From Candidatus Eiseniibacteriota bacterium (GTDB lineage Bacteria > Eisenbacteria > RBG-16-71-46 > CAZAMP01): a DNA stretch of 64,000 nt. Numbering within the stretch: position 1 is the stretch's first letter; each line of letters starts with the position of its first letter. The stretch is from NCBI GenBank assembly GCA_965224245.1, contig OZ245046.1, forward strand, positions 2,272,001 to 2,336,000, read 5' to 3'. Shown here one piece after another: positions 27,082-37,565 of the stretch. The notes beneath the pieces were generated by a model. That model was not told the origin of the DNA, searched no databases, and saw nothing but the letters and a program-made list of their open reading frames with translations. Both the position numbers and the translations under genes were made by a program.

Positions 27082-28827
27082 ATGCGACTCAGTCAGCTGT
27101 TCGGGGACACCTATCGCGAACGACCGGCCGAGGCGTCGGCCAGGAGCCACGAGTACCTCCTCCGCGGGGCCTACATCCGCCCTCTCGCCGCCGGAATCTA
27201 CTCGTATCTGCCGCTCGCCACGCGCGTGATCCACAAGATCCAGGCCATCATCCGCGAGGAGATGAACGCCGTGGACGGTCAGGAGATCCTGATGCCGGTC
27301 GTCCACCCGGCCGAGATCTGGCAGGAGTCGGGGCGCTACCAGAAGGTCGGGCCCGAGATGGCCCGCCTGAACGACCGGGCCGGACGCCCGATGGTCCTGG
27401 CCATGACCCACGAGGAGGTCGTGACCGACCTGGCGCGCAAGGACCTCCGCTCGTACCGGCAGCTTCCGAAGGTCGTCTACCAGATCCAGACGAAGTTCCG
27501 GGACGAGCCGCGGGCCCGCGGCGGACTCATCCGGGTGCGCGAGTTCACGATGAAGGACGCGTACTCGTTCCACACCGACGTGGCCGATCTCGATCGATAC
27601 TACCCGAGCATGTACCGCGCGTACTTCCGCGTGTTCGATCGCTGCGGGCTGCCAACCGTGGCGGTGGCGTCGGACAGCGGCATGATGGGCGGCTCCGAGG
27701 CGCACGAGTTCATGGCCGTGACCGAGATCGGCGAGGACACGATCTTGCGCTGTCCCACCGGCGACTACGCCGCCAACCGCCAGGTCGCGCGCTTCCGCCG
27801 TCCGGAGGTCGCGCCAGAGGAGCCGGCGACGCTCACGAAGGTCGAGACGCCGGACTGCGAGACGATCGACGACGTCGCGTCGTTCCTGGGCGTTCCCACC
27901 TCGAGGACGGCCAAGGCGGTGTTCTTCAGCGCCACCATCGGCGACCGGGAGCGGCTGGTGTTCGCGGTCACCCGCGGCGACATGGACGTGAACGAGACCA
28001 AGCTGGCCAACGCGCTGGGCGCGCGCGAGCTCGTGGCCGCGCCCGACGAGGCCATTCGCGCCGTGGGCGCCGTCCCCGGCTACGCGTCCCCGATCGGGGT
28101 CCGGGACGCGATCGTCGTCGTGGACGAGCTCGTCGCCGCGTCGCCCAACCTCGTGACCGGCGCCAACGAGGCCGGCCACCACGTGACGGGCAGCAACTAC
28201 GGCCGCGACTACACGGCGGACCACGTGATCGACCTGGCCGCGGCCGAGGCCGGCTCGGCGTGTCCCGAGTGCGGGACCGCGCTCTCCGCCGACCGCGCGG
28301 TCGAGGTGGGCAACACGTTCAAGCTGGGCACGACCTACTCCGAGTCGATGCACGCGACCTACCTCGACGACAGCGGCGAATCGCACCCGATGGTCATGGG
28401 CTGCTACGGCATCGGCGTGGGTCGCACGCTGGCCGCCGTGATCGAGCACTCGCACGACGACGACGGCATCATCTGGCCGATCTCGATCGCGCCCTATCAC
28501 GTACACGTCGTCGTGCTCCGCGCCGATGCCGAGGGCATCGCCGACGCGACCGAGTCCATCGTGTCCACGCTGGAGGCAGACGGCGTCGAGGTGCTCGTGG
28601 ACGATCGCGACGAGATGGCGGGCGTGAAGTTCAAGGACGCCGATCTCATCGGTGTGCCCATCCGGCTCACCGTGAGCCCGCGCAACCACAAGAACGGGGC
28701 GGTCGAGCTGAAGATCCGGGGCGCCGACTCGGCCGTCGACGTGCCATACGACGACGTCGTGGCCACCGTGCGCGCGCGCATCACCGAGATGACGGCGGCG
28801 CTGGACGCGATCGCCGACGCGCGGTAG
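27082..28827 (+). CDS. proS: Proline--tRNA ligase (bacterial type with INS editing domain)
   Basis: MRLSQLF, THEE, QTKFRDEPR, REFTMKDAYSF, EVGNTFKLG, MGCYGIG, KFKDADLIG. Confidence 0.97.
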   Translation: MRLSQLFGDTYRERPAEASARSHEYLLRGAYIRPLAAGIYSYLPLATRVIHKIQAIIREEMNAVDGQEILMPVVHPAEIWQESGRYQKVGPEMARLNDRAGRPMVLAMTHEEVVTDLARKDLRSYRQLPKVVYQIQTKFRDEPRARGGLIRVREFTMKDAYSFHTDVADLDRYYPSMYRAYFRVFDRCGLPTVAVASDSGMMGGSEAHEFMAVTEIGEDTILRCPTGDYAANRQVARFRRPEVAPEEPATLTKVETPDCETIDDVASFLGVPTSRTAKAVFFSATIGDRERLVFAVTRGDMDVNETKLANALGARELVAAPDEAIRAVGAVPGYASPIGVRDAIVVVDELVAASPNLVTGANEAGHHVTGSNYGRDYTADHVIDLAAAEAGSACPECGTALSADRAVEVGNTFKLGTTYSESMHATYLDDSGESHPMVMGCYGIGVGRTLAAVIEHSHDDDGIIWPISIAPYHVHVVVLRADAEGIADATESIVSTLEADGVEVLVDDRDEMAGVKFKDADLIGVPIRLTVSPRNHKNGAVELKIRGADSAVDVPYDDVVATVRARITEMTAALDAIADAR

Positions 28828-28833
28828 CCCGGC

Positions 28834-29538
28834 GTGATCGCCGGACGCACAACCACGGCGGGCGGCGGACGCGGGTCCCGGCAGCCGGGCGCGCCCATCG
28901 GCCGCGACGTGGATGCCGTCATCTTCGACCTCGGGAACGTGATCTGTGCGTTCGACGTCGCGCACATGTTCCGCCGGTGGTCGAAAACGCTGGGCATCCC
29001 CTTCAAACGCGTACGCGACGCGATCCGCTTCGGACCGGACGTGATCGACTTCGAGACGGGACGCATCACCGCCGACGAGTACCGGGCCATCGCGTCACGC
29101 GCGCTCGGCGTCGAGCTGAGCGTCGCCGACTTCGAGGACGGCTGGAACGCGATATTCGAAGGCGTGGTTCCGGGCATGGACACCCTGATCGCCGAGGTCG
29201 CCGCCACGTGCCGCACGGTCGTGCTGAGCAACACGAACCACACGCACGCCGAGTACTGGCGCAAAACGTTCGCCGACGTCCTGTCCCCGGTCGAGCGCGT
29301 GTTCTGCTCGCAGGAGATCGGGAGCCGAAAGCCCGAGCCGGATGCGTACCAAACCGTGATCGACTACCTCGGGCTGCCGCCATGGCGTGTGGCTTACTTC
29401 GACGACATGGCGGAGTTCGTCGAGGGGGGTCGCCGCGTGGGCCTGCGCGGCTACCGGGTCACGACCAGCGCCGAGGTGCGAACGGCACTCGGACGTCTCG
29501 GAATCCTGCGTGCAGGTGGGAACTCCGGGTCTCGTTGA
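28834..29538 (+). CDS. HAD family phosphatase (YihX-like)
   Basis: FDLGNV, LSNTN, SQEIGSRKPEP, FDD. Confidence 0.88.
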   Translation: MIAGRTTTAGGGRGSRQPGAPIGRDVDAVIFDLGNVICAFDVAHMFRRWSKTLGIPFKRVRDAIRFGPDVIDFETGRITADEYRAIASRALGVELSVADFEDGWNAIFEGVVPGMDTLIAEVAATCRTVVLSNTNHTHAEYWRKTFADVLSPVERVFCSQEIGSRKPEPDAYQTVIDYLGLPPWRVAYFDDMAEFVEGGRRVGLRGYRVTTSAEVRTALGRLGILRAGGNSGSR

Positions 29539-29571
29539 CTTCGCCGGAGCGATCTGAAACGATCCGACGCC

Positions 29572-31488
29572 ATGACTTCACCCGAGCTTCCCCGCCATCG
29601 GCCGTGCACGAGCGGTCGCGCAACCCGAGTTCGCGGCTCGAGCGGCCGTACGATCGCGCGGTCGCGTGCCGGTGTGCGCCGGCTCGCGGTTGCCTCCCTG
29701 ACGGCGATGGCGACCCTCTGCGGCGGGTCCACGCACGCCGACCCGCCCGACGCCTACCGCGACGACGGCGAGCTCCGCGCGCGACTGTCCGAGCTCGCCT
29801 CCGGGCATCCCACGGTCGCGTCGGTCACGTCGATCGGCAAGACGTTCGAGGGTCGTGATCTCTGGGTGCTGACGATCGGCGCTCCCGAACAGGCACGCCC
29901 GGCGATCCTCCTCGATGCGGCGCACGACGGGCGCGACCTCGTGGCCAGCGAGGTGGCGCTCCGCGTGGCCGAGCGGCTTCTCGAGTCGCTGTCGCCCGAG
30001 GAGCTGATCGATCTGACCGGCACCGTCACGCTTCACGTGATCCCGCGGGCGAATCCGGACGGGATGGCCCGCGCCTTCGCCTCGGCGCCCCGCGAGCAGT
30101 CGCTCTTGCCCCGCCCGCGTGACGACGACGACGACGGGCAGGTCGACGAGGACGGACCGGACGACGTGAACGGCGACGGCGTGATCGGATGGATGCGCGT
30201 GCGCGATCCCCTCGGACGCTGGACCGCGGACCCGGCCGAGCCCCGCCTGCTCGTCGAGCGCATCGACGAGGACGAGGGGCCGTTCTATCGCCGCTACCGC
30301 GAGGGCGTCGACAACGACGGCGACGGTCTGGTGAACGAGGACGGCGAGGGCGGCGTAGCGCTCGATCACAGCTTTCCGCAGGGCTGGGAGCTCGAGCACG
30401 TACAGCCGCACGCGGGCCCCTACGCGACCAGCGAGCGCGAGACGGTGGCGCTCATCGAGCACGTGCTCGCGCATCCGGAGATCGCGATCGTGATCGCGCT
30501 CAGCCAGCTCGACCGGCCCGAGCGCCCGGGCGTCGAGGCCAGAAGCCACGTACCCGACGCCGATCAGACCGCGTACGCGTCCATCGACACGTGGGTCGAG
30601 GCGCTTCGCGGCTCGCCACTGAAGGTCGACTTCGACAGTCCGGGCTCCGGCCTCTTCGGCGGCGCGGGACAGCTCGTCCGGTCTCCTCCGCCGAAGGCGA
30701 AGGCCCCGCCCATCCCACGAGCGGTCGTCCCCGGTCGTTTTCTCGACTGGACGTACTTCCAGTCCGGCGCGTTCGCGCTGGCGCCGCAGATCTGGGTGAC
30801 CGCGCCCGAGCCCGTCGGGACGAGCGCGCCCGTCGAGGTATCCCCCCCGGACGGGGAGCCCGACGGTGACGACACCGGCGGCGAGGAAACCGAGAGCACC
30901 GGCACCGCGGATGACGAGGCCGACGGTGACGCCCCCGAGCCCCGCGATGCGGCCGAGGTGGCCTGGATCGCGTGGCTCGACGAGGTCGCGCCGGGCACCG
31001 TCCAGTCGTGGACGCCCTACCAGCATCCGACGCTGGGCGACGTCGAGCTCGGCGGTGTCGCCGCGGGCCCTCGGGCGTTTCCCGGCGAGGCGATTCTCGA
31101 CAGCCTCGCCACCGAGGTGACCGACCTCGTCGTCGCGCTCTCGACGCGTCTGCCCCGCGTGTCGGTCTCGGTCGCGTCGGAGTCACTCACCCCCACGTTG
31201 CACCGGGTCACGGCGACGATCGTGAACGCGGGCGATCTGCCCACGATGTCGGTGCAGGCGACCCGGACCGGGTCCTACTTCGAGCTGATGGCCGAGATCT
31301 CCGTACCGGCCACGCACGAGATCGTCGACGGCTTCCGGCGCGCGCGGGTCGGACGACTGGACGCCCGGAGCCGGCGCAGCGTCGAGTGGCTCGTCGAGGG
31401 ACCTGTTGGTGCACCGGTCTCGGTGGACGTGACCAGCTCGCGCGCGGGCAACGCCACCGCATCGGTGCGGCTGGGAGGCGGCTCATGA
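29572..31488 (+). CDS. M14 carboxypeptidase-fold protein with degenerate zinc and catalytic residues
   Basis: SIGKTFEGRDLW, NPDG, DxDGDG repeats, GPYATSERE; lacks HxxE, NRNF and the catalytic Glu. Start uncertain. Confidence 0.85.
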   Translation: MTSPELPRHRPCTSGRATRVRGSSGRTIARSRAGVRRLAVASLTAMATLCGGSTHADPPDAYRDDGELRARLSELASGHPTVASVTSIGKTFEGRDLWVLTIGAPEQARPAILLDAAHDGRDLVASEVALRVAERLLESLSPEELIDLTGTVTLHVIPRANPDGMARAFASAPREQSLLPRPRDDDDDGQVDEDGPDDVNGDGVIGWMRVRDPLGRWTADPAEPRLLVERIDEDEGPFYRRYREGVDNDGDGLVNEDGEGGVALDHSFPQGWELEHVQPHAGPYATSERETVALIEHVLAHPEIAIVIALSQLDRPERPGVEARSHVPDADQTAYASIDTWVEALRGSPLKVDFDSPGSGLFGGAGQLVRSPPPKAKAPPIPRAVVPGRFLDWTYFQSGAFALAPQIWVTAPEPVGTSAPVEVSPPDGEPDGDDTGGEETESTGTADDEADGDAPEPRDAAEVAWIAWLDEVAPGTVQSWTPYQHPTLGDVELGGVAAGPRAFPGEAILDSLATEVTDLVVALSTRLPRVSVSVASESLTPTLHRVTATIVNAGDLPTMSVQATRTGSYFELMAEISVPATHEIVDGFRRARVGRLDARSRRSVEWLVEGPVGAPVSVDVTSSRAGNATASVRLGGGS

Positions 31489-33305
31489 CGCGATGCATCG
31501 GCACCCATCGCGCGCGAGAGCACCACATCCCGAGACCGGTGGCGATCGCAGCCCTGGCGCTCGCGGTCTCGATCGCGGCCAGTGCGATCGACCGGACCGC
31601 GTCGAGCGCGGCCAGCGTCCCCCGTGAGCCCTCGCTGGTGGAGCCGTACCGGTTCCCGATGGACTTCAAGCACTTCTACGACTACGAGGACATGGCCGCC
31701 ACGCTGGAGCGCGTGGCCGACGCGTTCCCGGACCTGACGGAGCTTCGATCCATCGGTCGCAGCCGCGAAGGGCGCGACCTGTGGATGCTGCGCGTCACGA
31801 ACGAGAAGGTCGGCACGCCCGACGAGAAGCCGGCGATCTACGTCGACGGGAACATCCACGGGAACGAGATCCAGGCCACCGAGGTGTGCCTGTACGTCAT
31901 CCACGAGCTCGTCAACCGCGTGGGGCGCGACGAGCTCGTGACGCGCCTCCTGGACGAGCGCACGTTCTACATCGTGCCCACGGTGAACCCCGACTCTCGG
32001 GCGCGGTTCTTCGCCGAGCCCAACACACCGCATTCTCCCCGCTCGAACGTGCGCCCGCGCGACGACGATCGCGACGGGCTGGTCGACGAGGACGGGCCCG
32101 AGGACCTGAACGGCGACGGCGTGATCACGCTGATGCGCAAGCACGATCCGTTCGGCGCGTACAAGACCGGCGAGGATCTCCGCAGCCTGGTGGCGCGCGA
32201 GCTGGACGAGAACGGCGAGTGGACGCTCTACTGGTACGAAGGCCTCGACAACGACGGCGACGGCCGGATCAACGAGGACTCCCGCGGCGGCGTCGACCTG
32301 AACCGCAACTTTCCCGCCGACTGGCAGCCGGAAGCGACCCAGTCGGGCGCCGGACCGTATCCGGGCTCCGAGCCCGAGATTCGCGCGATCATCGAGTTCA
32401 TTCACGACCGGCCCAACATCGCCGCGCTCCAGACTTTCCACAACGTGGGCAACCTGATCCTGTATCCGTTCGGCGCGCGCTCGGCGGAGGACCTGCCCGG
32501 ACGCGATCGGCGCGTGTACGAGATCATGGCCGAGCGCGGGCGCGAGATCCTGACCGATTACGACCCGGGGAGCATCCGGGACGACCTGTACCACGTGTAC
32601 GGAACGACGGTCGCGTTCGGGTATCTCCACCACGGCGCGGTGTCGTTCTCGAACGAGCTCTGGAGCTGGGTCGTGGACTACGACGGGGACGGCACGATCA
32701 CGATGTCCGAGCGCCTGAAGTGGAGCGACGAGCGGCTCGGCGGTGATGCGTTCGTCGAGTGGACGCCGTTCCAGCACCCCGAGCTGGGCGAGATCGAGAT
32801 CGGCGGCTGGACGCAGTTCCACTCGCGGGTGCCCCCGGTGGGATACCTGGCCGAGATGTGCCGGCTGAACGCCGACTTCGTCCTCTTCCACGCCGACGCG
32901 ATGCCGAGGCTGTCCATCACCCGATCCGAGACGAGCGCGCTCGGCGACGGAACGATCGCGCTCGACGTGTTCGTCGCCAACACGGGGATCATGGATAGCT
33001 ATCCCGAGATCTCCGCGCAGCTCGGCATCGCGCGACCGGTGGTGGCCACGGTGTCCGTGGCCGGCGGCGCCCGTGCGCTCGACGGCTACGTCCGCCCGCG
33101 CGAGCACGCCAGGGTCACCAGGACGTTCGACCCCGTGGATCGCCGCACACCCGATCCGGCCCGCGTGGAGGTCGGACAGATCCACGGGGGCCAGGAGATC
33201 GCGATCCGCTGGCTCCTCGAGGCCCCCGCCGGCAGCCGGGCCACGGTCCGGATCGCCGGGGACAAGTGCGGTCGGGCCGAGGCGGTCGTGACGCTCGAGC
33301 CGTGA
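31485..33305 (+). CDS. M14 family zinc carboxypeptidase
   Basis: GNIHGNE, DLNRNF, SEPE, TFHN, SNELW; ATGA overlap with the upstream gene. Confidence 0.9.
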   Translation: MTRCIGTHRAREHHIPRPVAIAALALAVSIAASAIDRTASSAASVPREPSLVEPYRFPMDFKHFYDYEDMAATLERVADAFPDLTELRSIGRSREGRDLWMLRVTNEKVGTPDEKPAIYVDGNIHGNEIQATEVCLYVIHELVNRVGRDELVTRLLDERTFYIVPTVNPDSRARFFAEPNTPHSPRSNVRPRDDDRDGLVDEDGPEDLNGDGVITLMRKHDPFGAYKTGEDLRSLVARELDENGEWTLYWYEGLDNDGDGRINEDSRGGVDLNRNFPADWQPEATQSGAGPYPGSEPEIRAIIEFIHDRPNIAALQTFHNVGNLILYPFGARSAEDLPGRDRRVYEIMAERGREILTDYDPGSIRDDLYHVYGTTVAFGYLHHGAVSFSNELWSWVVDYDGDGTITMSERLKWSDERLGGDAFVEWTPFQHPELGEIEIGGWTQFHSRVPPVGYLAEMCRLNADFVLFHADAMPRLSITRSETSALGDGTIALDVFVANTGIMDSYPEISAQLGIARPVVATVSVAGGARALDGYVRPREHARVTRTFDPVDRRTPDPARVEVGQIHGGQEIAIRWLLEAPAGSRATVRIAGDKCGRAEAVVTLEP

Positions 33306-33463
33306 GCCGTGAGCCGCTAGCGGCTCCGCGAAGGGCCCCGGGCCTCTTCGACGGGGACGCGCGCTGTGCTATCATCCGGCCGCAACCGGTCCGACATGAC
33401 TCACTCGCGTTGGCAAGACAATCCCCCGCTTGGATGGATATCGACGTGTCAGGAGGCAACCGC

Positions 33464-34786
33464 ATGCACGTTCGGAGCACGGTGTCGCTGGGATTGGCGA
33501 GCGTCTTGACGACGCTCGTGGTGAGCAGCGCGGCCGCGGTCTACGACTACGAGGTGGTCGTCGCCGCGCCATCGAACTACGTCAAGGTGGCCGAGTTCGA
33601 GATCGGCAACTTCAAGCACACCTTCACGAACACCGGCGACCAGACGGATACCTACCGCATGGTGATCACCGAGGCCGAGTACTTCACCGGGGACGACATC
33701 ACGATCGGCTGGACCATGTGCACGACCACGGCCTGCGTGGTCCCCGGCATCGCCGACGAGATCACGCTCGCGCCCGGCGAGAGCGACACCGTCACCGTGA
33801 AGATCAGCACCTTCTCGACGCTCGGCGGCGGCACGTGCCGGCTCCGCATCGAGTCCGTGGGCTCGGGCGTCGCCAACGAGTACGACTACGGTGGCATCAT
33901 CCTGGGCACCGAGTTGATCCTGATCGACGACGACGGCGGCACCGACGACGACGACGACGTCATCGCCGCGCTGGAGAGCGGGCTCACGAGCTACGCGGTG
34001 TTCGACACGTCGATCCAGTCCCTGGTCGACTCGGGCATCGAGATGTCCGACGCGGCCTGCCTGATCTACCACTCCGGCTACTCGTCCAGCGGCACGCTGA
34101 CCGCGGGCGATGCCGACTACCTGGCCGCCTACCTGGACGACGCCGGGAGCCTTCTCGTGTCCGGTGACGATCTCTTCGACGAGATCGATGGGAGCTCCTT
34201 CGCGACCACGTATCTCGCCGCCGGACTCGGGGGCTCCGCCGCGGGCCAGACGATCGTCAACGGCGTCCCGGCCAGCCCGCTGGGGTCCACCGGATCGTAT
34301 CCGCTCTCGCCGGTCTCTCCCGACGTGCTGACCGGAACCGCGGCGTACGAGTACGGGAACGAGACCACCGCCGGCGTTCTTCACGACGGCGGCTCCTACA
34401 AGACGCTCTCGCTCGGCTTCGCGCTGGCCGGCCTCGGCGCGTCCGACATCCTGGCCGTCGTCGAGGAGGCGTGCACGTGGCTCCGCGACGCGCTCGCCAC
34501 GCCGGTGGTGTCGGGCCCCGCGTTGATCCAGACGTCGGCCTATCCGAACCCGTTCCGCCGCTCGGCGCGCATCCGGCTGACGGCATCGGAGACGATCGGC
34601 GACGACGTGCGCGTGACGCTCTACGACGTGAGCGGCCGGCGGATCTCGGTGCTGCACGACGGTCCGATCGGCGTCGGTGAGACCGAGCTCGCCGTGGACG
34701 GCGCCGGCCTGCCGAACGGCGTGTACGTGTACCGTGTGGAGTCCGGACAGGCGGTGACGACGGGCGCGGTCACGCTCGTGAGATAG
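33464..34786 (+). CDS. Secreted protein with Ig-like domain, an LIDDDG alpha/beta domain and a T9SS/FlgD-like C-terminal domain
   Basis: AGGAGG RBS, signal peptide, AYPNPFRR...YDVSGRR...GVYVYRV. Confidence 0.88.
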   Translation: MHVRSTVSLGLASVLTTLVVSSAAAVYDYEVVVAAPSNYVKVAEFEIGNFKHTFTNTGDQTDTYRMVITEAEYFTGDDITIGWTMCTTTACVVPGIADEITLAPGESDTVTVKISTFSTLGGGTCRLRIESVGSGVANEYDYGGIILGTELILIDDDGGTDDDDDVIAALESGLTSYAVFDTSIQSLVDSGIEMSDAACLIYHSGYSSSGTLTAGDADYLAAYLDDAGSLLVSGDDLFDEIDGSSFATTYLAAGLGGSAAGQTIVNGVPASPLGSTGSYPLSPVSPDVLTGTAAYEYGNETTAGVLHDGGSYKTLSLGFALAGLGASDILAVVEEACTWLRDALATPVVSGPALIQTSAYPNPFRRSARIRLTASETIGDDVRVTLYDVSGRRISVLHDGPIGVGETELAVDGAGLPNGVYVYRVESGQAVTTGAVTLVR

Positions 34787-34859
34787 CGCCACCGGGGTTT
34801 CGGGAGGACGCGGGCGGTCGCCGACCGTCCGCGTTCTCGTGTCCGGAGGATCCGGCGAC

Positions 34860-37565
34860 TCACGCCGGCGCGTCGACCCCGGTCTCCCCCTCGCTCCGAT
34901 GCGCGGCCGCGGCACCGCCGCCACGTCCCACCCGGGTGCCGTCGCCGGCGGCCCATGCCTCCCGGCAGCGCACGAGCTCGGGATGTTCGGGCTCCCAGGC
35001 GTCGGCCAGGACCGCCATCGCGCGAGACAGCTCGGCCCGGAAGTCACGGCCGCTGGCGGTCCGGAGACCGGAGCGCGCGCGGACGGCCATCGCCTCGGCG
35101 GTCAGCGGCGCGTCGTCTCCGTAGTGATCGCGGCGAACGCGCACGACATCCTCGGCGATCTCCAGCGCTTCGTCGCATCGATCGACGTCGACGAGCATCC
35201 GGGCCAGCTCGAGCCGGAGGTTCATCAGCTGGGGATGGCGCGGGCCCAGTGATTCCGACATCGACGCGCACACCGACGTCAACTGCGACATTGCCTCCTC
35301 GGTGCGGCCCTGTCGGTGCCGGAGGAGTGCCAGCCCGCTGCGATGGCCCTCGGTGTCCGGATGATCTTCACCCCTCCGGCGGGCGCTCGCGTCGATCGCA
35401 CGCCGGAAGAGTCGCTCCGCCTCGTCGAGCCGGCCGGTGTCGCGCAGGATCGAGGCCAGGTTGAAGCGCGAGACGGCCACGTCCGGATGTTCCGATCCCA
35501 GGAGCCGGACTCGAAGTGCGAGTACCTCCCGGGCCAGGGGCTCGGCACCCACGGGATCGCCCAGCCGGCGGTGCGCGATCATCAGGTTGGAGAGCGCGTT
35601 GGCCACGTGGACGTGGTCGTCGCCGTAGCGCCGGCGGCGGGCCGCCAGCACCTGCCGGAGCAGATGCTGCGACTGGCGCGCGTGACCCATGCGCTGCAGC
35701 AGCACGCCGAGGTTGTTGAGCGTGCTCAGGACCGACACGTCGTCGTCGGGCAGGTGCCGCCGCTTGATCCGGAGCGCCTCCTCGTGCAGCGCCCGCGCGC
35801 GCGACGGCCGGCCCCGACGCTCGACGAGAATGGCGAGGTCGTTCATCCGGGACGCCACCACGAGGTGGTCCTCCCCGTACGTCTCGCGTGTCAGCTCCAG
35901 CGCCTCGCGAAACGCCGACTCGGCCGCGTCGAACTCGGCCAGCTCCTGGTGCGCGGTGGCCAGGCACTGGAGCGTCTCGACGAGCCGGTGGTCGCGTTCG
36001 CCGTAGAGCCTCCGGCGATCGGCGATCGACCGGCGAAGCACCCCCAGCGCGGCGTCGGGATCGCCGATGTCGAGGTAGATGCGACCGAACGTGGTCAGGA
36101 GATCGACTCGCGCGTCCGGCTCGTCGGCCAGCGCGTCGTCGACGTGCCCGGCCGACCAGTCCAGAAGATCGCGCGCCTTCAGGTCGGGATCGCCGCCGAC
36201 GGGTCCCACGCGCTCGAACATCACGGCCAGAAAGCTCAGCATGCTGTCGGCGCGCCGGACCTGCCGGGCCACCTCGCGGACGGCGGTCGACTCGGGTCCC
36301 CGGCGGCGCCGGCGTCCACGACGGATCCACGTGCCGGGGCGCCGCCAGGCGCGGCCGCCGCGGTCCAGGGGCTCGCCGGCGAGCACGCGGTCGAGGTCGC
36401 GGGCCAGCGCGTCGGCATCGGGATGGCGGCCCTCGACCGACCGCGACAGCGCGCGCGCGACGACCCGATCGAGGTCGCCCGACAGCTCGCGACTCAGCGC
36501 GTCGGGGCGCGTTCCCCGGGCCAGAGCCACGGGGTTGGGGTGGATCCGCTCGCTCGAGCCGTCCGCGCGCAGGATGTCGGCGGTGGAGAGGACGGCCTCG
36601 CTGGGTGGCGGTGGATCACGATCGAGGATCGCGCGCTCGGTCTCGCCGACGCTCCAGCTCGCGGTGGCGTGGGGATGCCGCCCGGTCAAGAGCTGGTACA
36701 GGAGAATGCCGAGCGAAAACACGTCCGACGGCGGTCCCACGACGTCACCCCGGATCTGCTCGGGTGACGCGTAGCGCGGGGTCAAGACCCGCTGTGCAGT
36801 GCGCGTCAGCGTGGCGTCGTACGCCTCGGGCGCACGGCCCTCGACCCATCTGGCGATCCCGAAGTCGAGCACCTTCGCCTCGGCCGACGTGGAGACGAGC
36901 ACGTTCGAAGGCTTGATGTCGCGGTGCACGACGTGATTCCGGTGCGCGTGCCCCACGCCGCGACACGCGTCGCGGAGCAGACGCACGCGGTCCGCGACGC
37001 CCAGCCGGTGCCGATCCGCGTACTCGGTGATCGGCGAGCCGTCGACGTGCTCCATGACGAGATACGGGCGCCCGTCCGGCGCGACGCCGTGTCCCTCGTG
37101 ACGCGCCACGTTGTGATGGGTCAGGCTGGCCAGGATGCGTCCCTCGCGCTCGAAGCGGCGGACGGTCTCGGCATCGGTCAGGTCGGCGCGCAGGAGCTTG
37201 ATCGCGACCTCGCGTCCTTCGGGATCGCTCTCGGGCCGGGCCAGATGGACCGACCCCATCCCCCCCTCGCCGAGCGAGCGCACGAGCGTGTACCCGGGTA
37301 TCGCCACCTCAGGCGGGGCGTCCGGCCCCGCCTCCCCGTCACGCGCGGCGGGGGATGCGATCGTCCGCCCGATCGATCGGGCACGCTCGAGGAAGTCGCC
37401 GCACGTGGCGTCGGCGTCCAGGATCGCGCGGACCTCCCGCATCAGCTCCGGTCGCGAGCCGGTCACGCTTCGCAGCACGCGCTCGCGATCGTCCGGAGGC
37501 GCATCGAGCACGCGGGCCGCCGCGGCCTCGATCTCGGACCAGGAGATCGGATCGGACGGGGTCAT
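34860..37565 (-). CDS. Hanks-type Ser/Thr kinase with C-terminal TPR repeats
   Basis: GEGGMG, VAIK, HRDIKPSN, DFG, YASPEQ, DVFSLG; TPR_10/12-like repeats; ATGA overlap with the ECF gene. Confidence 0.93.
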   Translation of the reverse strand: MTPSDPISWSEIEAAAARVLDAPPDDRERVLRSVTGSRPELMREVRAILDADATCGDFLERARSIGRTIASPAARDGEAGPDAPPEVAIPGYTLVRSLGEGGMGSVHLARPESDPEGREVAIKLLRADLTDAETVRRFEREGRILASLTHHNVARHEGHGVAPDGRPYLVMEHVDGSPITEYADRHRLGVADRVRLLRDACRGVGHAHRNHVVHRDIKPSNVLVSTSAEAKVLDFGIARWVEGRAPEAYDATLTRTAQRVLTPRYASPEQIRGDVVGPPSDVFSLGILLYQLLTGRHPHATASWSVGETERAILDRDPPPPSEAVLSTADILRADGSSERIHPNPVALARGTRPDALSRELSGDLDRVVARALSRSVEGRHPDADALARDLDRVLAGEPLDRGGRAWRRPGTWIRRGRRRRRGPESTAVREVARQVRRADSMLSFLAVMFERVGPVGGDPDLKARDLLDWSAGHVDDALADEPDARVDLLTTFGRIYLDIGDPDAALGVLRRSIADRRRLYGERDHRLVETLQCLATAHQELAEFDAAESAFREALELTRETYGEDHLVVASRMNDLAILVERRGRPSRARALHEEALRIKRRHLPDDDVSVLSTLNNLGVLLQRMGHARQSQHLLRQVLAARRRRYGDDHVHVANALSNLMIAHRRLGDPVGAEPLAREVLALRVRLLGSEHPDVAVSRFNLASILRDTGRLDEAERLFRRAIDASARRRGEDHPDTEGHRSGLALLRHRQGRTEEAMSQLTSVCASMSESLGPRHPQLMNLRLELARMLVDVDRCDEALEIAEDVVRVRRDHYGDDAPLTAEAMAVRARSGLRTASGRDFRAELSRAMAVLADAWEPEHPELVRCREAWAAGDGTRVGRGGGAAAAHRSEGETGVDAPA

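Noticed and set aside
26268-29858. 1196-aa + strand ORF and many other long Arg/Pro/Gly-rich ORFs (e.g. 263-2443, 10309-12507, 42629-44923, 47546-49657)
   Set aside because: Alternate-frame or antisense shadows of recognisable genes, expected at this GC content; no motifs.
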